From Corallochytrium limacisporum Hawaii (lineage: Eukaryota > Protista > Pluriformea): a stretch of DNA of 64,000 nt. Positions 1 to 11,441 of this stretch are shown piece after piece. Within the stretch, counting starts at the first letter, position 1. Each line of letters begins with the position of its first letter. The stretch spans positions 27,753 to 91,752 of the forward strand of contig PDIP01000015.1 of NCBI GenBank assembly GCA_002811645.1, read 5' to 3'. A program made the translations under genes and the position numbers. The notes below the pieces were generated by a model that was not told where the DNA came from, made no database searches, and saw only the letters and a list, made by a program, of their open reading frames with translations.

Positions 1-183
1 CTGCTCCTGAACATGCGCATCTGGAGCGGTATGAAGGTTTCGGAGGTTTCCGCAAAGTCTACGTCGGTCGGAACAGTGGTGCCAGAGACTGGGAAGACGG
101 AACTGTACCTGTTTAACATGGCCAAGGCAGACACGGAATCATTCCGACGCACACTCCGTCACGCCATCTCCAAGGCGAAGTGA
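1..183 (+). CDS. 3' end of a Ran-binding-domain protein (RanBP3/Yrb2-like), truncated by the window edge
   Basis: Frame 1 reads LLLNMRIWSGMKVSEVSAKSTSVGTVVPETGKTELYLFNMAKADTESFRRTLRHAISKAK then TGA. This resembles the C-terminal half of a RanBD (RanBP3-type LILNTKLWAQM...SEKS...VFLIS). Confidence 0.65.
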   Translation: MLLNMRIWSGMKVSEVSAKSTSVGTVVPETGKTELYLFNMAKADTESFRRTLRHAISKAK

Positions 184-368
184 TTGCCCGTTCATTGAAT
201 CGAATGTATACATTATAAAGAAAACTTTGAGCTAGCAATTAAAGCCCCTAGCGTCATTGTTCTGGAAAGACTTACTATCGTGAAAACTATGGACTCGGTG
301 ATCAAAATTTCCATTGGTTTCTTTATTCCAGGTTAGCATTTGGATGGTAAGCGACTGTTATCTGTTTG

Positions 369-1082
369 CTACGCGGTCCTTTGTAGATCTTTCAACAGGG
401 CCTCAAAGTCAGTGCACCACAAGTCAGCCCCAGCTTTAACCTTTTCGCGCACCTGGTTGCCACCATAGCCAATGAACAGTTTTGCGGGAGGACGAGCCTC
501 CATGTCTGTGGCGCCGTCGCCAACCATGATCACGACTGAGTGGCCTTTTGAATCAATAATGGACTGAAGGGCTTTCGGCTTACCCCCACTGCGGCTGGTA
601 GGCTCACTCTCGTCAAAACCCTTGTAAGAGCCATCTTCGTTAAATAGCAAATTGTTCGCATGTACATTCCCCTTAGGAATGTTCAACACTTCGGCCAAGG
701 GATTGATCATCTGCCTGAACCCGCCAGACACAAGGTGCACGTCTTTACCTTCTTCTTGGAAGTACTTTATGATCTCGGGAATACCGGGACTGAACTGCAG
801 GGGGGTGGCATCCAAACATGCCTGTACCTGCTGATGAGATGGCTTCATGAGCTCGAGACGCGCGGCCAGAGCCTCCTGGAATGTTGTGTCACCACCCATT
901 GCCTTGGCCGTCCATGCAGCCACCGCTTCGCCAGCTCCTACGCTCTCAGCGAGGACGTCAATCCCTTCCTCCCGTACGACGGTGGAATCAACGTCAAAGC
1001 AAATACAGTGACTTTCACGAATTATTTTGAGTGCCTCTTCCAGGGTAGGCTTTCCAGTCTGTACATCCGTGTGTGGTGCCAT
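369..1082 (-). CDS. PSPH: Phosphoserine phosphatase (HAD superfamily)
   Basis: HAD motifs CFDVDSTV, LVSGGF, GGKP and MVGDGATDMEA. Start placed at ATG 1082 (MAPHTD); the open frame extends to 1148. Confidence 0.95.
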   Translation of the reverse strand: MAPHTDVQTGKPTLEEALKIIRESHCICFDVDSTVVREEGIDVLAESVGAGEAVAAWTAKAMGGDTTFQEALAARLELMKPSHQQVQACLDATPLQFSPGIPEIIKYFQEEGKDVHLVSGGFRQMINPLAEVLNIPKGNVHANNLLFNEDGSYKGFDESEPTSRSGGKPKALQSIIDSKGHSVVIMVGDGATDMEARPPAKLFIGYGGNQVREKVKAGADLWCTDFEALLKDLQRTA

Positions 1083-1416
1083 AATTCCCCAGTCTATTAA
1101 CCTCAGTCGAACCCTGGCCAAGAAACCGATCAGTTGATAATACATCACTTATCCACACGACTACGGAAAACGTCATGCACGCGTGATTTAATTGTCACTC
1201 CTGTTGACTTCAAAATACCCGTTTGCTTCCCAAACCAAATCAATCCGTTTGCTGGAAACAGTGGAGAGCGCACTGATGTCCGATCGATTTCACGGGCCCT
1301 TCGGGAACCCACGAGTCCCCCCCCTTCCCCCTGGGTGTTTCGCGAGTCCCCTGGTCTGGCCCCCACCACCCCCCTCCCTCCTCCTCCTCGTCGTCCGAGG
1401 CCGTACGAGGAAGGCT

Positions 1417-1497
1417 AATTTTACCCGGGGCCGAGAGTAATTTTTGCCCGGGGCCGCATTCACGATCGCGTGTTCCGTACCCCCCCCCCCCGGGGGG
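1417..1497. promoter_or_regulatory. Centre of the PSPH/FMO divergent promoter: two direct repeats plus C12G6
   Basis: TAATTTTACCCGGGGCCG (1417) and TAATTTTTGCCCGGGGCCG (1438), then a C run at 1480-1491 joined to a G run at 1492-1497, near the midpoint of two head-to-head genes. Confidence 0.5.
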
Positions 1498-1833
1498 CCA
1501 GCTGGCTTTGACGGGCAGCAGTACCGAAGGTAGGGGAAATATTTCCCCTCCTCGATTTGGCTTCCCGGGCCACTGGTCAACGGAGGGCCGGTCGGAGGCG
1601 ACCCGGCAACAGGGGAAGACGGGCCGCCAGTGAGTTTTCTTTGGAGGTATGGCCGGGCGGGCCGTTTTATGACCCGGGCGTGCGGACGGCCATCTTGCCG
1701 ATGTCCATTGCGGTGGACCTGGCAATAGCTAATTGCTCTCCGTGGGTTCTTTAAGTTTCTACTGGTGTTTAAATACTAGTAGATTTGAAGAAATACCTGA
1801 CATGCTCATTGTGCATTGCTGTCGGTTCTGGGC

Positions 1834-3690
1834 ATGAAAGCTGTCAGGATGATAGAACCTTTCCCTCGCCACGTCGCCATAATCGGCGCTGGACCGTCCG
1901 GTCTTTGCGTGGCAAAGTACCTTCTGGAATACGGTCCTAACGACATTGAGGTAGTTATTTATGAGGTTGAGTCCGAATTGGGCGGAACATTTCGGTATCG
2001 CACCTACGAAGGTGGAGAACTGGTGTCGTCCAAACAGCTGACTTCTTACTCAGATTTTCGGTTCCCCCTTGAGCAGAATGATCATGTTCCGGTTGAGGTA
2101 TATGTCGACTATCTCCTCGCGTATGCCAAAACATTTAACGTATACGACAAGATCCATTTCCGCACGGAAGTGATCTCCGTGCGCAAGCACTTGTCGACTC
2201 AGGACAGCAATAGTATTTATCGGGTAAGGACCCGGGGTGTGGACGGCGTTGAGAGGGAGCAGATCTTTGATGCCGTTGCTGTATGCAGTGGTCTGCACTT
2301 CTATCCGTATATCCCCAAGATTCCTAACAACAACTACGATGGACAGGTGATCCACAGCTCTGACTACAAGCAGAAATCTGAGTTCCACGGCAAGCGGGTC
2401 CTGATTGCCGGCACTGGCGAGACAGCCATGGACTTGATCGCTGATGCATGTGGTGAGGATGAGACAGACACAGTGACCCTGAGCGCCAAACAAGGATGGC
2501 TCTCTTTCCCGAGGCAGTTCCCCGGCTTCCGCACCTTTTGGGGTTGGAAGACCGACGGGGATTTGCCAATTGACACGGTCATTTCCAATCTGTTTGAGAA
2601 CGCGTATGTCCACCGGTGGAATCGTCAGCACCACATGCGCTGGCATTTTAGTGATTTCTTCGTGCGCAGGACCCTGGGTGTGCTCACTGGAACCACAGCA
2701 GGCTGCGGGCAGTGGGTTGGCCAGGTGGAGAAGCCTGGACGGGCGTACAATATCCTCAACAAATCCACACGTGCTATGCCCTATCTGAACAAGGGCCACA
2801 AGCAGAAGTACTTTACGGAACGCTTCGTCGAACTCGACGTTCCCGATCCCGACCGCAAAGCGTACATGAAGCCCAGAATTGCCAGTCTCGGTCCTGGCCG
2901 AACAGTGGAGTTTGTGGACGACTCCCTGGGACACTATGATCTGGTCGTGCTGGCTACAGGCTACCAGCCGAAGTTTCCCTTCCTGTCGGGCACAGAAGCC
3001 ACTGATCGTGACATGCGCATGATTTGCAATCGCAATGAGCCCAAACTCGGCTTCTTTGGGTTTATCCGTCCCGGTGTAGGTGCCATCCCCCCTATGGCGG
3101 AAATGCAGGCCATGTGGTGGATCCAGGTGCTTCGAGGGGAGGTTAAACCCGAATACCTTGAGCCCGAGTACTTCCACCTCGACCTGGGCGACAATCGTCG
3201 CATCGACTACGGTGTCGACTACTCCTCTTACGTCTACGGGCTTGCCAAAGATATGGGTGCAACACCAACCATTTGGGAGCTGGTAACCATGCGGATGGGC
3301 TTCTGGGAGACAGCCAGCTTCATCCTCGGACCCGCTTTTCCCGCTTATTTCCGTATGAAAGGTCCGTTCTACAATGAACAATGCCGCGACGTGGTCACGG
3401 GAGAGCTTTGGGAAGTCATCACCCGTCGTGGCTTTGCCGGAAACTTTTTCATGGCCATCATTCCCATCATGTTCTATGGACCGGTTAACATTGCCCTATT
3501 CATCATAGAGTACGTGCTGAGCACCTTTGCCTTAGTTTCGTGGAAGCCGGATACCTTCAACCCAAATCTGCGCAAGTACAAGGCCGTGCCCCGGCCTGGC
3601 AGCAAGTCCAAATCTGTCGCCAATGGCACCCATAAATTCAATGGTTCCTACTCGATGAGTGCTCCCAATGGTAGAGTCCAGGCGGCCTAA
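1834..3690 (+). CDS. Flavin-containing monooxygenase (FMO family) with C-terminal hydrophobic anchor
   Basis: FAD motif IIGAGPSG, FMO fingerprint YDGQVIHSSDYK, NADPH motif GTGETA, LATGY, hydrophobic C-terminal segment. First in-frame ATG at 1834 (alternative 1849). Confidence 0.93.
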   Translation: MKAVRMIEPFPRHVAIIGAGPSGLCVAKYLLEYGPNDIEVVIYEVESELGGTFRYRTYEGGELVSSKQLTSYSDFRFPLEQNDHVPVEVYVDYLLAYAKTFNVYDKIHFRTEVISVRKHLSTQDSNSIYRVRTRGVDGVEREQIFDAVAVCSGLHFYPYIPKIPNNNYDGQVIHSSDYKQKSEFHGKRVLIAGTGETAMDLIADACGEDETDTVTLSAKQGWLSFPRQFPGFRTFWGWKTDGDLPIDTVISNLFENAYVHRWNRQHHMRWHFSDFFVRRTLGVLTGTTAGCGQWVGQVEKPGRAYNILNKSTRAMPYLNKGHKQKYFTERFVELDVPDPDRKAYMKPRIASLGPGRTVEFVDDSLGHYDLVVLATGYQPKFPFLSGTEATDRDMRMICNRNEPKLGFFGFIRPGVGAIPPMAEMQAMWWIQVLRGEVKPEYLEPEYFHLDLGDNRRIDYGVDYSSYVYGLAKDMGATPTIWELVTMRMGFWETASFILGPAFPAYFRMKGPFYNEQCRDVVTGELWEVITRRGFAGNFFMAIIPIMFYGPVNIALFIIEYVLSTFALVSWKPDTFNPNLRKYKAVPRPGSKSKSVANGTHKFNGSYSMSAPNGRVQAA

Positions 3691-3805
3691 AACCCACCAA
3701 GAACCAAGAAAGATTCCATCGTTGACATAGTATGTATTTCTGTATAACGTGGTTAGACACGACTTTGTTTTCTGTTTGTTAATACGAATTATTGGTTCCC
3801 CTAGA

Positions 3806-5065
3806 TCACCGTGCGTTGGAGTACTGACGAACAAGGTCAAGATCAAGCCGGGAAATTATATCACGAATGCCATGAATGGTTTGCTCCAGTCGCTTTGGGT
3901 CGCGGTCATCCGCCTCAAGCAGGAAATCAAGAACTGAGAACAGCCATGCATCCACCGTACTTAGCACTGGTTTCGTGGGGAATCCCGGCACTTCCACCTC
4001 GTTCATGCACTGTAGAACAAGTCGACGCAGTCTGTGGACTTTGGGATTCTTCTGCATCATCAATTGTGTCTGAGTCTCAGCCTGTTGCTTGAGCAAGTTG
4101 ACATTGGCCTGCAGATTGCGGAACTGGTCGTACATCGGCTGCTGCTCCTGTTGCAGCTTAATCAGCTCCTGACGCATATGGTCACGATAGCTCTTCAAGC
4201 TCACCAAGCTGTTCATGGTGTCATGCATCATCATTTCGCGTTGATTGGCACCGATTGGCAAATTAAGCGCGCGAATCTTGCCTTGTTCATTGAGCGGCAA
4301 CGTTGATAGGCGATTGGACACCGGGGTCCCAACGGAACCCGGGCGCTCGCCGAGGGCCGTGCCGTTCGGAGAGAGGAAGCCGCCTGGTCCAGCCGACAGC
4401 GGACTTCTCCGTGAACTGTTCATCATCATTTGCTGTAGTTGGTGGTCAGATCCATCGCTAGTGTTGGAGCTTCGCCTGGTGCGGTCGTGCGAGTTTCGGC
4501 TAGCCTGGCTGGCGCTTTCGCGATGGGAGTCGACATCGAGACCATCCATCACATTGCCACCTTGCGCGCTGGTCTTACTGTGTGCGGGGCTACCGGCACC
4601 TACAGATGAAGCCGTAGAGTCCAGATCACCACCCAATACACTACCACGAGCAATACTTTCACGCCACATCCTGTACGAGTCGGATTTGAGGTACTCATTC
4701 AGCTCCTGTTGGTATTTGACCCGGTCTGCACGCGCGGCTGCCATGTATGGTTCCTTATCAGCATCAGTCATTTTACTCCATTCCTGACCCAAAATGCGTG
4801 TTATGTCTGCCATGAGGAATGTGGGATTCTGCTCTTTCAGTTCTGCCCGCCTCTTAGCCGTGAAGCGTAGATAGCCCGTTTGTGGCTGTTTCGGTGCATT
4901 GGGATCCTTGACATTGATGTTCAGTTTGCGACGAATCACAGACGTGGAACGACTGGCAGCATTCTTCTTGTTTGAACTTACTCCCTTTGTGGCAGGTGTC
5001 CGCTTCTTTGCAGATTCCGACCCGGCAGATGAGGCATGCGAATGCCCTTCTATTGGTGACTCCAT
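3806..5065 (-). CDS. HMG-box protein, HMG20A/B (BRAF35)-like
   Basis: HMG box KDPNAPKQPQTGYLRF...ITRILGQEWSKM...KEPY, a coiled coil, and a C-terminal VPGFPTKPVLSTVDAW...IRDIISRLD resembling the HMG20 tail. Confidence 0.8.
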   Translation of the reverse strand: MESPIEGHSHASSAGSESAKKRTPATKGVSSNKKNAASRSTSVIRRKLNINVKDPNAPKQPQTGYLRFTAKRRAELKEQNPTFLMADITRILGQEWSKMTDADKEPYMAAARADRVKYQQELNEYLKSDSYRMWRESIARGSVLGGDLDSTASSVGAGSPAHSKTSAQGGNVMDGLDVDSHRESASQASRNSHDRTRRSSNTSDGSDHQLQQMMMNSSRRSPLSAGPGGFLSPNGTALGERPGSVGTPVSNRLSTLPLNEQGKIRALNLPIGANQREMMMHDTMNSLVSLKSYRDHMRQELIKLQQEQQPMYDQFRNLQANVNLLKQQAETQTQLMMQKNPKVHRLRRLVLQCMNEVEVPGFPTKPVLSTVDAWLFSVLDFLLEADDRDPKRLEQTIHGIRDIISRLDLDLVRQYSNAR

Positions 5066-6998
5066 CTTGTTGGCCGTTTAAGTCTTTCGTCGAAGTAAGG
5101 GGTTCACGGGTCACTGCGTCTCATACTGACCTTGTCCTTGGAATTTCTCTGTACAATTATTTGTTCGGTCTTACAATTTGTAGACTCTTATTTTTCCAAC
5201 CAGCGTCACTCTTGACACCAATGATCTTTACCTTGTACCGCATAAACACCTGGTTCAACCTCTCCAAGATTGATTGCAAGAACTTCTACCATACGTTCGA
5301 ACCGTGATGGCTAGAAGTATAAATTCAAAGCGTTTTCATTTCCTTTTCCTCACGAACAATGTTCCTAAAGTGTTCTGGCAGGACCACAGAACAGTTAAGC
5401 CTGCTAAAAACGCATCACAAGAGCAGTTCAAGCTTGCCGCAAAGGCAAACTCTCATGGAAGGAAAGTGGTGCCCGCGAAAATGGGGGGTTTGGCGGACTG
5501 CGTGTCGTGTGTGGGGATCAGGGGCCATTGAGAAAATTTTATCTGCCCTCGACCCACCCTGATCCATAGTAAAAGAACCGGGCAGAGCAGGAGAGGGGGG
5601 AAAGGGGTCGGGAAACGGCAGCAAGGGGGGGGGAACTCCCCAAGAGCGGGAAGCGAGAGAACAGAAAAGACTCGGCAGTGGTGCATACGCGCCGAGAGGA
5701 GTCGGTGTCTCCAAAGGGTGAAAAGGAAACTGGGGAACAGGGAGAGGCCCGCGGGGGAAGAGAAGAGGAAGGGGGGGGGAGGGAAGGAGGGAGGGAAGGT
5801 GGAGGGGCAAGGCTCCCTGCCCGGGCGCGCTGCTAAGCGGGGAGGGCCCTCCCCCCCTTTCTTTGGACAGACCAAGAATTGGCCAGTCGTTGGTCACCCC
5901 ATACCCCCGGGAGTCGGATAACTGAGGCGGGAGGGGCTCAACTGAAACAACCAAGGGCAAGGAAAAAAAAAGTGGTGGGACCCAAAGGAGAGGCGGGCCA
6001 GATTGCATACAAACAAAAACTCGAAATCAAGACTTCGCTCAGTGTTTCCATAGAGTTTGTATGCGCTTTAGCTTTATCCTTGGTCGGATTAGAAAAAAAT
6101 CCTTCCCTGTCTGCACATGGACATCCGATCTGGAACTCTCTCGGGTACAGGCCAATCTTGACCGTATATATGGTCATCATCAAGATTTTTATTAGCCTGC
6201 TTCCGTGGCAGTTACTTTTCAACCAACCAGAGCACTTGGCATGCTCCCTCGTTGTGATCCCCCCCTGCTCTCTTTTTTTTGCAGGCTTTCGTGATCAAGA
6301 TGTCTATTCCGGGGAACCAAGCCGCACGCATACACGCAGACAGACCTCGCCGTGTTCCCGTTCTCCCTTGATGATGAGGAATGAAGAGCAATTGCCGCCA
6401 TTGATGCTGAGTGGATTGAGACCGGTGTGTAATTTTTCGTTCTAGACCCAGGCAAAGTGTTCGTTCCTTTTTGATCCTCGATTCTATTCCGGGTACGGAC
6501 CAAAGGAGAGGATCGCGAGGATCAGTAAATTTTTTAGTGCTTCCGTCAGATCAAAAATGGCACGACGCGCGCAGGGACACCACCGAGCGCCCTCCCCCCC
6601 TTCCCCCTCCCCTCCCTTTCTTCCCCAACAAGAATTTTTCAGAGATAGTCACCGACAACGCATACCCCAAGCGCGCGTTCCCCTGCCAGTAAATATTAAG
6701 GAGCTGGTTTCCAGTTGCGAATGATCATAGGTATGCATGACAGGGCAATCCATACATGGAAAGGGTGGAACCGGAAGACCCATATCAGCATGCTCGTTCC
6801 CTTTGCGCCTTGTCGCATTATGTATTGCAAATTGAATTGGATAGGAGATCAGCTGCAATTCACCGATAATGAGCAGCAGTAATGGTAAGCAACGCGATCT
6901 TCGTTTGCAACTCCACCACCAATACAGTGGTTCGTCAGAAACACATTGACCGCCCAGGGTTGCCATTGTAGCACATCGAAACGTGCTCGGAGTGCATG

Positions 6999-7013
6999 GG
7001 GTTAGGGTTAGGG
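6999..7013 (+). repeat. Short interstitial telomere-like tract GGG(TTAGGG)2
   Basis: Exact sequence GGGTTAGGGTTAGGG. Confidence 0.6.
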
Positions 7014-8427
7014 CGTCTGGTATGACATGGTTGCTTTGTGACCGCCGAGAGAATGTTCAGATCCGAGCCCCTTCGCAAGAGCATTCCCGAGTGAACTGTG
7101 GTCCAGGATTCCAAGCCTCAGAAAGATATCTTTGACAGCATATGTGAATCAGCAAGATTTCTACACCTCCATTAGTCTATCGCAAACGGCCCTGTGATCT
7201 AGAATTGACACGCAGACCTACATATCCCGAATCTCTCCGCACTTATCATCAATATTGTGAATGGGCTCAGGAATAAGTTTCAGAGGGTAAAAGCCAACGG
7301 GCCGGTGCGGTGCAGGCAGAAGGAGAAAGAGAGGAAGGAGAAAGAGAGGAAGGAGAGAGAGAGAGAGAGAGGAGGGGGCAGCAACCCCGAGCTGTTGTAT
7401 CCCTGTCCAGTCTTTGACAATTTGGCGAAGTCATTTATGATTATACTGCACTTAATATGGATCTATGGAATCCAGGAGAGGAGAGAGTCAAAGTGGCGTA
7501 CCGAGGTTTGCCAAAATGTCAGGAGTGTGCGACGGGAAGGAGGGGGGAGGGGAAGTGATGAAAGCCAAGCAAAGAGTGAAACAGGGGACAAAAGAGGTAT
7601 CCAGATCAGGGATCAGATCTTCAGTACATTCTTTATGGAAAGTGGGACATAATTCATTCTTAGCAATCGTACCCGGTCTTGGCCAACTGGATGTCAGTTT
7701 CCGGCAGCCCCGGTGTTTTTTTTTTTAATCTCTTGCAATAGCCTGAATTCACCCATACCGAAGTCGTCCAACAAAAATTCCTCCGCTGTTGTGTCTCACG
7801 TACTCCGTTAATAGATACTTGGTGTCCGTTCGTTTCACGGGGCTCTTAATGGCCACTCAGTCTCCCTCCCGGAACGATGGTCACGGGCTCGTACCATCCA
7901 TCGCGCGTGCTAATGAATTCCCGGAGGGCCTAAGGGGATCTCGGAGGACTTGTTTGGTGGTCTTTCCGAGATCTGTCTTTTCCTCCCTCTGTAGTTAGCA
8001 TCTTATTGTACTGTAATGTTCTCGCACTCTGCTTCCCGTGTTCGCGTCTTGAGAGAGAACCACCACCCCACCAGTGCGAAAACTATTAAAAGTACAGAGG
8101 GTGCCGCCCCTGCCCCGGGCAAGAGACACAGAGAGAGAGAGTGCCACAGAAATCATAGGCAACCGCACAACAAAGAAAAAACAAATAGAAAGAAAAAGGC
8201 GAACAAAAAAACGATAGACTAGCCATATACCTAAAACAAAATATAAGGGACGGAGGAGAGACTGGTAGTGGGGGACCCGGAGCCAATGTACCCTGGGAGA
8301 GTACTGCACGGGAAACTCCGGCAAACGCTTTACCCGCCGTCCGGGGAGAATAGAAATGGAAGGTGAGAAAAAAAGCCAGCAAAATACAAAGGGAAAAATA
8401 ACGAGAGAGATTAAGAAGAAAGAGAAA

Positions 8428-8488
8428 CACAGACAGAGACAGACAGAGACACAGAGACAGAGAGAGAGAGTGAGAGAGAGAGAGAGAG
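8428..8488. repeat. GA/CA-rich microsatellite
   Basis: Degenerate (GACA/GAGA)n units followed by (GA)n. Confidence 0.8.
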
Positions 8489-9490
8489 AAAGCAGAAAAG
8501 GAAGGAAAGGTGGCACAAGAGGGTGAGGCACTTTCCCGCAAAATCTCGCCAGCGAAAAGCAAAGAAAATCAACCGAAATAGTAGCAGCGACGCGGGGTGC
8601 GGGGAATTAATTTGGCGGGATTGACAGACGAAGAGGAAGATGAAGAAGGACAGAACAAGATATATCTTGCGGAATGGGGGCTCTTGAGCTAATGGAGCAT
8701 ATCCCAAGCAGCTGGTCCATACATTCGAACTGTAATCTTTACTTATCGCCACCATCCAACCCTCTTTCTACTGCATTATCATGTCGTTTGCATGTCCAAA
8801 TAGTTCATAGGGGAGGGCCGGCGGGTACGCGCAGGGCATGAAAGATCTTTCACAAACTGGAAGAGGGATTGCTGCCCACTTCTGCATGTCTGTGGAGTGC
8901 CCACTTACTTTAAACAGAAAGAGAAAACATTCTCTCGATTGGATACCACATTAATTTGATCATTTCGCAGTTTCTGCCTGCGAAGTACCTTCCCAGACCA
9001 TGGGGACACGGAGTCAAAAAGCGTATCAATTTGCTGACCATTCTACACACGGGAAGGGCAGTTCGGGGCAAGCTCGGGATTACCCATCATGTGAGCTGGC
9101 ATCAGATCCCACCGAGAGCGCGCCGATTCTGCTGAGATCATAGGGTGTTAACTGGGACATGCATGCACCGGGAATGGGTGTGTGTGTCTGGACGACGGGC
9201 GCAGTATTTCTTACAACAGGTTGCTCGTTCCGTCGGGCTCGGGGCACTGTTGTAAAGCGGAACGCAAAGCACTCCCACCGCATTGATGGCAATCACAAGG
9301 CATGCGAAAGCGAATGAGACTTTGGTGTGAAATTTATGCCTCGGCGCCTTGCACCTAGAACCAGTGCATTTCTCTCTTCGCAAAGGATACCACGCATTAT
9401 TTCGCGGTTGATGTCCATGATCGTACCGACCGCCGACGGCAGTATTCTGCGGATGGACAACGCATAAAATGCCGTGCATTGCGATTCGAA

Positions 9491-9515
9491 CCCCCCTCCT
9501 CCCCGGGGGGGGGGG
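9491..9515. promoter_or_regulatory. Orphan C(n)G(n) element (C6-TCCT-C4G11)
   Basis: Same motif as in gene-associated promoters, but the nearest intact CDS start is about 1.9 kb away. Confidence 0.3.
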
Positions 9516-11441
9516 CGGAACTGATCCTTCTTTGGTCGATCCAAATCAAATTGAGAGAACGAAACGGGAGAGAATTTTTTTGGAGGGCGGGGCAACAGGG
9601 AGGGCGGTGAGGGCGCCGCCGAATAGGAAAAAGGGCGCGGGCAAAGGGCCCGCCCACCCACAGCCAGTGCTGATCCGCAAGTACAGACCCGGCTGGCATG
9701 AATTATACAAACGGTACCAACGAGAGCGGAACACGCCGCGTACTACCATCCATACCGAGCACTAGCAGCTGAGCTAATGATAACATGGCCCTGCTGCTCA
9801 TGATGCTGCCTGGCATTGATATCTATCTATAGTGCAGACTATACACTTGTGCTTACCACAGATTCCCGCCGTAACATGTCCAGCACACATCGTATTTTAT
9901 TTCTGTGCAAACTGTTGTGTTATACATTCCTCTGCACTAAAGAAGACGATGAGGAAGGTCTTTCTTCCTCTATGATCCTTAGCATTCTCGGTTGATGCTT
10001 AGTCCCTGTTGGCGTCCTTGATCTCCTCCTCCTGCTAATTTCCTCTTTGTGTGTCCTCGCAAACCTTGTCGTCACTGAGTGTGCTAGAGCCTTGAATTTG
10101 GTCACTTGCAAAACACTACGCAGGATTTTGGTTCCGCATTTTTTTGGATGAGACGGACTGCAATGGGCACGTTATCAGTGGGTTGCGAGGTAAAGCATCA
10201 CTTCACCACACGAAGAGAGCTTTCCATGCGCGTCAATATGGATCACAAGATGCCCGTTGTAAACTTAAGTGATGGTCACGATCCCGTTAGTGAACAGTAT
10301 GCATTGCTCTAAGAGAGTGTGGTACTTTAGCAGGTGAATTTCGTGGAGGCCCGTACTGTACAGCTCGCCTAGGGTGCGACGGTGATCACAATGGCAGATG
10401 ACACTGCCACGTCTCCTTCGTGCGCAGGTACCACAAAGATAGGCAGCAATCCGACATGAGCGAACAAATTACGCACCAGAAGGACTGGGGTTCCGTTCGC
10501 AGGTGAGATGTTTGGTGGTCTGCGGGTTATGGTAGCTCCTCTCTCCGGACACCCCCTGCGGTCCATGCTAACCCACACACAAAGGGAAGGGATCGCAGAA
10601 AGGTGGGAACTGCTAACTGCCAATACATGGAGATCTCCAATCGAGATGGTACGAGTTGATGTTTTGTTCGACAGTAGTGGTTTTCAGGTGCCCTAGGAGC
10701 TGGTCTCCCTCACCTGCATGGCTCTTCGGCCTCTTCCCCAGTTTTTCGTTTCTTTCAGGATGCCCTGCACAATCGTAAAATTAGGCCCCCGTTGAAATAA
10801 ATGGCAGAAATACGCCTCGATTCAGAATCCACCACATGACTCGCCGGCCCGCCCTCCATCCTCAAGGACCCCCTCCCCTCATTTTCTCGCTATATGTGAA
10901 CCCGCTGTCACACACACTCTTTGCAACGCAAGCGCAGTACATTCGCTACCGACCTTGGTCCCGGCCACGCAGGCGGCAGTTTGCCAGTACTGAGTGTACG
11001 TTTGGGAGAGCGGGGGATGAACCGGTTTGGGGGTGTGCTGCCGGGCCATAGTGTACTGCCAGAGGGCCGACGCGTTTGGTGGGGTTGGGAAGCAAGTGGG
11101 GAGGGAGGAGGAGGTAGGGTGCGTGTGGCCGGCCGAGGCCACTGGCTGGTCGGTGGGTCCCGCCTGGATTTACTTGACCGCACGGGTTTCAAGGAGTGGG
11201 ATGGCTCATGGTTCTGGTTCGCAGGATGTCTCCAGTTGTTGAAGACCATATTGATAAGGTGACGGCAATGTGAAGGTACGAGATTTCAACTGTTCAATAC
11301 ACGATATGCTTCAAACTTATAACACCAAGAGGTCTTCAGAGTACCATGGCACGAAGCGAGATCACGCGATAGTTAGCCATGCACTGTTGACAAATCGCTT
11401 TGCATAAGCATCGTGTAGTAGCAGTTTAAACAATAGAATAA

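Noticed and set aside
2050-3381. Long antisense ORFs (also 34185-35108, 23439-24068, 22261-22788)
   Set aside because: Shadows of real genes caused by codon bias; no recognisable motifs.
5415-9765. Many 60-200-aa intergenic ORFs rich in Pro/Gly/Phe/Leu/Ser
   Set aside because: They translate G/C runs and microsatellites, and many start at non-ATG codons.
9775-9810. U6-like CATGGCCCTGC; also U1-like TACTTACCT near 37321
   Set aside because: No ACAGAGA box or other snRNA structure; short chance matches.
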